From Candidatus Binatia bacterium (lineage in GTDB: Bacteria > Desulfobacterota > Binatia > Bin18), in NCBI GenBank assembly GCA_963664395.2, contig OY761159.2:3648001-3712000 (forward strand): a DNA stretch of 64,000 nt, written 5' to 3'. The stretch's first letter is position 1, and every line of letters starts with the position of its first letter. A program made the translations under genes and the position numbers. Below, one piece after another: positions 59,562 to 64,000 of this stretch. Below the pieces are notes generated by a model, which made no database searches, was not told the origin of the DNA, and saw nothing but the letters and a program-made list of their open reading frames with translations.

Positions 59562-61358
59562 TTATAGCTCAGGATTCTTCACTCGGAGTGCCTCCTGAGC
59601 GCTGACATAGATGGCAAAAGGACACTGCGTACCGCAGCTATGCTCTCCTGCAAGTGTGAGGGCGCGGCGGAGAGCAGCCTCCATGGCAGTAAACCAGCCT
59701 GATTGAGTGGGGAAGATATTCGCCGGCCCGATACGTGTGGCGAGGCCGGTTTTTTCAAATAATTGAATAGCATCGGGCCGCAGGCCGAGGATGAGGAGGG
59801 TTTTGCCGGCTCTCTCCAATTGACGTTGGCTGGATTCAAGCAGGCTGGCGATGGTGATGTCCAAGCCTTGTGTCTGGCGAACACGGAGAATAATGACGCG
59901 GACGTGAGGCTCGGTGCTCATCCGTTCAAGCAGGGCTTGTAGCTCTCCGGATGCAGCAAAAAATAACGGGCCCGTCAGGTTGAAGAGGCGAATGGCGGAA
60001 CAGTGTTGTCCCCGCTCTTCCTGTTCAACTTCCTGATTAACCTCAACCTCTTGGTCAACCTCCCGAAAACGGCCTTTCTCACTGATTGTCATCTCTCGGG
60101 CAGTGAGCAGGCGTACCCGACGTAAAAAGAGGAGAATACTGATACCCACGCCAATATAAATTGCTTGATCGAGGGGAACGAGCCACGTCCCGACGAGCGT
60201 AGTGAGAAAGGCCGTTCGATCTCCCAGGGTGCTGTGCAGAATCGTACGAATACGGCCCGTATCGATGAGATCCGAGGCCAGGACGAACAACAGACCGGCC
60301 AGGCTTGCAATCGGCGTCTGGTTGACGACCGGTCCGAAAAAGAGCAGCACCGCCAGCATCAACAGTCCGCAGAACAGGGCCGACAGACGACTCTGGGCCC
60401 CGGCTTGCTGATTTAAGGCTGAACGAGACAAACTGCCGCTGACCGGATAGCCGCCCGAGAAAGCCGCGGCGATGTTCGCCAGCCCTTGTCCTGAAAATTC
60501 GGCTGCCATATCAAGCCGCTGTCCGGACCGGGCCGCCAGCGTCCGTGCGACCGAACTGGACTCAACCAGGGAAAGGACGGCACAGGCAATTGCCGTAGGG
60601 AGCAGGCCTGCCCACCGGTCAAAGTGGGGTATGGTGAGCGGCGGCAGGCCGGCTGGCAGGGGCGCGAGGTCGGCAACGAGTTGGAGCCCGGCGTCAGATA
60701 ACTGGAAGGCGCGGGCAAGCAGGATGCTGAGCCCCAGAGCGATAATCGAGGCTGGCAGACGGGGATAAAAGCGACGCACACACAAGACGAAAACAATTGT
60801 GCCTATAGTGAAAAACACGGCGAGCAGCTGGGCTTCCGAGAGTGAAGACAACCATCCTCCGAGCATCTGGGCTGGATTGCCTGAAACTCGGGCTGTGCCT
60901 GTTGCATTGGGCAGTTGGCCTACCATAATCAGGACCGCGGCCCCTGAGATATAACCACGTACAACGGGTTGCGAAATATAATCGGCTACAGCGTCGAGTC
61001 GCAGCAGCCCGGCGAGAAATTGGACCACCCCGACCATAAAGGCAAGGGTGACGCCTACCGTCATTGGACTCGCACCGCCGTGCGCGACCTCGGCGGCAAC
61101 AGCAGTGCCAACCAGCAGGCTCACGGCATTCGTGGGACCGGTGACAACATGGCGGGAGCTACGGAACAGAGCGCCAACTATGGCAGGTATGGCTGCTGCA
61201 TACAGGCCCATGGCCGGGGGGAGGCCGGCGATCATGGCATAGGCCACGCCTTGGGGAATATCGAGAAAGGTGACGCTGGGACAGGCAAGCAGGTCCCGAG
61301 GGAGATGACGAAGCGGATAGTCTCGGAGGTCAAGAAACGGGAGAAAACGCTTCATCAA
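59562..61358 (-). CDS. SulP-family inorganic anion transporter with STAS domain
   Basis: PQGVAYA..AGLP, GPT, GSLSRS, GPLFFA. Confidence 0.93.
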   Translation of the reverse strand: MMKRFLPFLDLRDYPLRHLPRDLLACPSVTFLDIPQGVAYAMIAGLPPAMGLYAAAIPAIVGALFRSSRHVVTGPTNAVSLLVGTAVAAEVAHGGASPMTVGVTLAFMVGVVQFLAGLLRLDAVADYISQPVVRGYISGAAVLIMVGQLPNATGTARVSGNPAQMLGGWLSSLSEAQLLAVFFTIGTIVFVLCVRRFYPRLPASIIALGLSILLARAFQLSDAGLQLVADLAPLPAGLPPLTIPHFDRWAGLLPTAIACAVLSLVESSSVARTLAARSGQRLDMAAEFSGQGLANIAAAFSGGYPVSGSLSRSALNQQAGAQSRLSALFCGLLMLAVLLFFGPVVNQTPIASLAGLLFVLASDLIDTGRIRTILHSTLGDRTAFLTTLVGTWLVPLDQAIYIGVGISILLFLRRVRLLTAREMTISEKGRFREVDQEVEVNQEVEQEERGQHCSAIRLFNLTGPLFFAASGELQALLERMSTEPHVRVIILRVRQTQGLDITIASLLESSQRQLERAGKTLLILGLRPDAIQLFEKTGLATRIGPANIFPTQSGWFTAMEAALRRALTLAGEHSCGTQCPFAIYVSAQEALRVKNPEL

Positions 61359-64000
61359 TCTTTGTGCGCCTTATGAGCACTCTCTGTCTCGGGCAGTTGA
61401 TACACATCTCGACCCGGCTTGAGCGGGCGTAACATCCAGTAGGGGCGGCGCGTGCCGTCGGGCGAGACTTGACTGGCAGGCCGGGTCAGCTCCAGCCACT
61501 TCTTATACGCGGCATGAGACTTTTCCGTATCAACGTGGATATCGCCATACTGATCGCTCTTCCTGGCAGGGCTGACTCGGACGGCTTGGTGCCAACAGTG
61601 CATGCCGGAGATGGGGTCCGGGTGGACGGGAAAGGTAAGATTTTGATGCACGCCGGCATCTGTCCACCAGATGCGTGAGCTATCGGCATCCTCACTCTCG
61701 TAGCCTTGCACTCCCTGCTTACGATGCAGGTCCCACTGATTTCCGTTATGGTCGAGTCCGACCGTGGCCATCATCTGACGCTGGCCTGTATGGTCGAGTT
61801 TCCAGCGGCCCATGTGATGACTACAGCCGGCGATACCCGGCCGGATGCCTTCGGTTACCCAGGCTTTGACAACGAAATAGCCGATCTCAGTTTCTACTCG
61901 GGTGAGGTCGCCGGTGCGGACGCCTATACGCTGTGCATCACGCGGGTGGAGCCAGAGTGGGTTGGTGTGGGCGATTTCATCCAGCCATTTGGCATTGGCA
62001 CTGCGGGTGTGAATCTGGACAGGTAAGCGAAAGGTTGAGATCAAGACCATTTGGTCCTCTGTAAGCCGGTCGGGATGGATATGACTCTTGATATAGGTGG
62101 GGAGGGCGTATTCCGGCCAGCCCCAGTCTTTGAGCGTCTTTGAATAAAACTCGAGCCGCCCGCTTGGAGTTGGAAAGCCTCTATACACGGTACCGTTTTG
62201 GCTGTTGTGGTTCTCTATTCGGACCCCAACAGGGCGACGGCCGTCTGCATCACCATCAGGCGAGGGCAGGGGGACGATATTCGGACCGGTGAGCTTGGGG
62301 CTTGCGGTGAAGACGCGGCCCAGACTATCAACCCGGATATTGTCCAACTCCGCAGATGGTACTGTTTGTTCGTGGACAGCTCCGATGTTTTTTTGTACCT
62401 CAAACGCCCCGTAGCGACGCATGTAGGCGAGCGGCGAGAGCCCTTGGGCAGCGGCGTGTTCCGGGAGACCTGGGACTGAATTCTCAAAAATAAATCCATA
62501 GTATTCGTCCAGGGTGAGTTTCTGGCCTGGGTGCGCTTTGGACTCAAAATACTGACGAATTCCTAATGATCCATCCGGGTCGACTCGCCAGGATAACTCG
62601 ATCCAGAATTCATTTTCCTCCCATACTTCGCCTGGGTTTGCCGCTCGGGTATCTGTAACCGGCTCGCCCAAGCGTTCTCTGGCCGTTCTCAGTACGGGCT
62701 GGCGAAATCCGATCCACTGGGCGTCGTGGGTTTCATATGAGTGTGTATCGTGTCGTTCGCTGCCGACGCCCATCGGCAGAATATAATCGGCGAAATAGGC
62801 GCTTTCGTTCCACGTCGGAGTCAGTGCGATATGCAAGCCGATTTTCTTCTCATCACTGAGTGTTTCGATCCAGGAAAAGCCGTCGGGGTTGGTCCAGACC
62901 GGATTGTAGACCCGCGTGAAATACACATCGAGTTTGCCTCGCTCTTCTTTCAGTAGATGCGGCAAAAGAAAAGAGAGTTCGTTAATGGCCAGCGGATATT
63001 CGGCTGGCCATGAGACTGTATTCCACATGGGTGGATGGGGGGGGGTATGGATGGGGCGCGGAACAAATTTATTCCAGACGTTAGGATAGGTCCCGCCCTC
63101 TGTCGCCACAGCGCCGAGCAGAGCGTTGAGGAGAAACAGGGTGCGTGCGACCTGCCAGCCGCCCAGATTTCCGGCTGCGGCACTGCGCCAGGTATGGGTG
63201 GCGAGTCGGGTTCCGGCGGAGGCGACCACCTCGGCAATGGTTCTCATTGTGGCTGTACTGATACCGGACTCTGTGGCCGCGAACTCGAACGTATATTCCG
63301 TGTAGAGATCGTGCAGAATCGCTTCAAAGTTTTCAAACGTAGGTTCCAGGTTTGGCCGCTCTTGTTGGAGATATTCCTGCCAATTCCACCAATCACGAAT
63401 AAATGCACGATTATATTTTCTGTTCTGAATAATATAGTTCGCAATAGCCAGTAAAATGGCGGCCTCACTCCCTGGGTACGGTGCAACCCAATGATCGGCA
63501 TGGGTTGCGCTGTTGGACAGACGAACGTCAAAGACTATGAGCTTGGCCCCTCGACTCTTGGCATCCATAATACGCTGGGCGTGCGGATTAAAATAATGGC
63601 CCGCCTCTAAGTGGGCGCTGATGAGCAACATCACGTCGGCATGCTCATGGTCCGGGCTGGGGCGGTCCGCACCCATCCAAAATTGATAACCGGCGCGGGC
63701 TCCGGACGAGCAGATATTGGTATGCGAGTTGTGGCCATCAACGCCCCAGGCGGCGAGGACGCGCTCGGTGTAACCGTCCTCGCCAGGCCGGCCAACGTGG
63801 TACATGATTTCGTTGTGACGGTCCTCCTGGAGCGCACGCCGAAGACGGCCGGCAATATCATCTAATGCCTCGTCCCAGGAGACCTGTTGCCATTTCCCTG
63901 CTCCGCGTGTACCCGCCCGTTTCAGTGGATGGAGGATGCGATCCGGATCGGTGACTTGGTTGAGGGTTGCCGGGCCCTTGGCGCAGTTACGGCCACGTGA
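61355..64000 (-). CDS. Molybdopterin-dependent oxidoreductase catalytic subunit (5'-partial)
   Basis: Frame open to the window end (SRGRNCAKG...DPDRILHPLKR...VSWDEAL); SHTNICS, TPSGRLEF, HTRS, LHPRDA. Confidence 0.92.
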   Translation of the reverse strand, partial: SRGRNCAKGPATLNQVTDPDRILHPLKRAGTRGAGKWQQVSWDEALDDIAGRLRRALQEDRHNEIMYHVGRPGEDGYTERVLAAWGVDGHNSHTNICSSGARAGYQFWMGADRPSPDHEHADVMLLISAHLEAGHYFNPHAQRIMDAKSRGAKLIVFDVRLSNSATHADHWVAPYPGSEAAILLAIANYIIQNRKYNRAFIRDWWNWQEYLQQERPNLEPTFENFEAILHDLYTEYTFEFAATESGISTATMRTIAEVVASAGTRLATHTWRSAAAGNLGGWQVARTLFLLNALLGAVATEGGTYPNVWNKFVPRPIHTPPHPPMWNTVSWPAEYPLAINELSFLLPHLLKEERGKLDVYFTRVYNPVWTNPDGFSWIETLSDEKKIGLHIALTPTWNESAYFADYILPMGVGSERHDTHSYETHDAQWIGFRQPVLRTARERLGEPVTDTRAANPGEVWEENEFWIELSWRVDPDGSLGIRQYFESKAHPGQKLTLDEYYGFIFENSVPGLPEHAAAQGLSPLAYMRRYGAFEVQKNIGAVHEQTVPSAELDNIRVDSLGRVFTASPKLTGPNIVPLPSPDGDADGRRPVGVRIENHNSQNGTVYRGFPTPSGRLEFYSKTLKDWGWPEYALPTYIKSHIHPDRLTEDQMVLISTFRLPVQIHTRSANAKWLDEIAHTNPLWLHPRDAQRIGVRTGDLTRVETEIGYFVVKAWVTEGIRPGIAGCSHHMGRWKLDHTGQRQMMATVGLDHNGNQWDLHRKQGVQGYESEDADSSRIWWTDAGVHQNLTFPVHPDPISGMHCWHQAVRVSPARKSDQYGDIHVDTEKSHAAYKKWLELTRPASQVSPDGTRRPYWMLRPLKPGRDVYQLPETESAHKAHKD

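Overview
Bacterial chromosomal window, GC-rich overall, genetic code 11. Gene order and protein style suggest a deltaproteobacterium-like (possibly Binatia-type) organism; this is inference, not a database result. The backbone is housekeeping: nadC-birA-coaX-EF-G paralog, ilvNC-psd-pssA-leuAB with a Leu-rich leader peptide and attenuator, sigma54-type glnB-glnA, plsY, tRNA-Pro(CGG), rlmD, thiO, hemQ, argBDFGH, dapFAB, aat, crcB, acoABX, gshA, SulP and a partial molybdopterin oxidoreductase. Two accessory islands stand out. Island 1 (1-10.9 kb) is a defence island: a large helical protein with a C-terminal PD-(D/E)xK nuclease, a PLD-SNF2 helicase, an N6-adenine methyltransferase, a DprA/SLOG-like protein and decayed toxin-antitoxin modules. 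Island 2 (53.0-57.9 kb) holds a cluster of palindromic repeats, a truncated hsdR, an AT-richer uncharacterised three-gene operon ending in a retron-effector-like NDT-fold protein with no reverse transcriptase (best candidate for an undescribed system), a Phd-VapC pair and a disrupted permease-HATPase fusion. Two abutting ORFs at 44757-45347 are very probably one AhpD/CMD selenoprotein (CxxU plus SECIS-like hairpin). No CRISPR array, integrase or transposase was seen.
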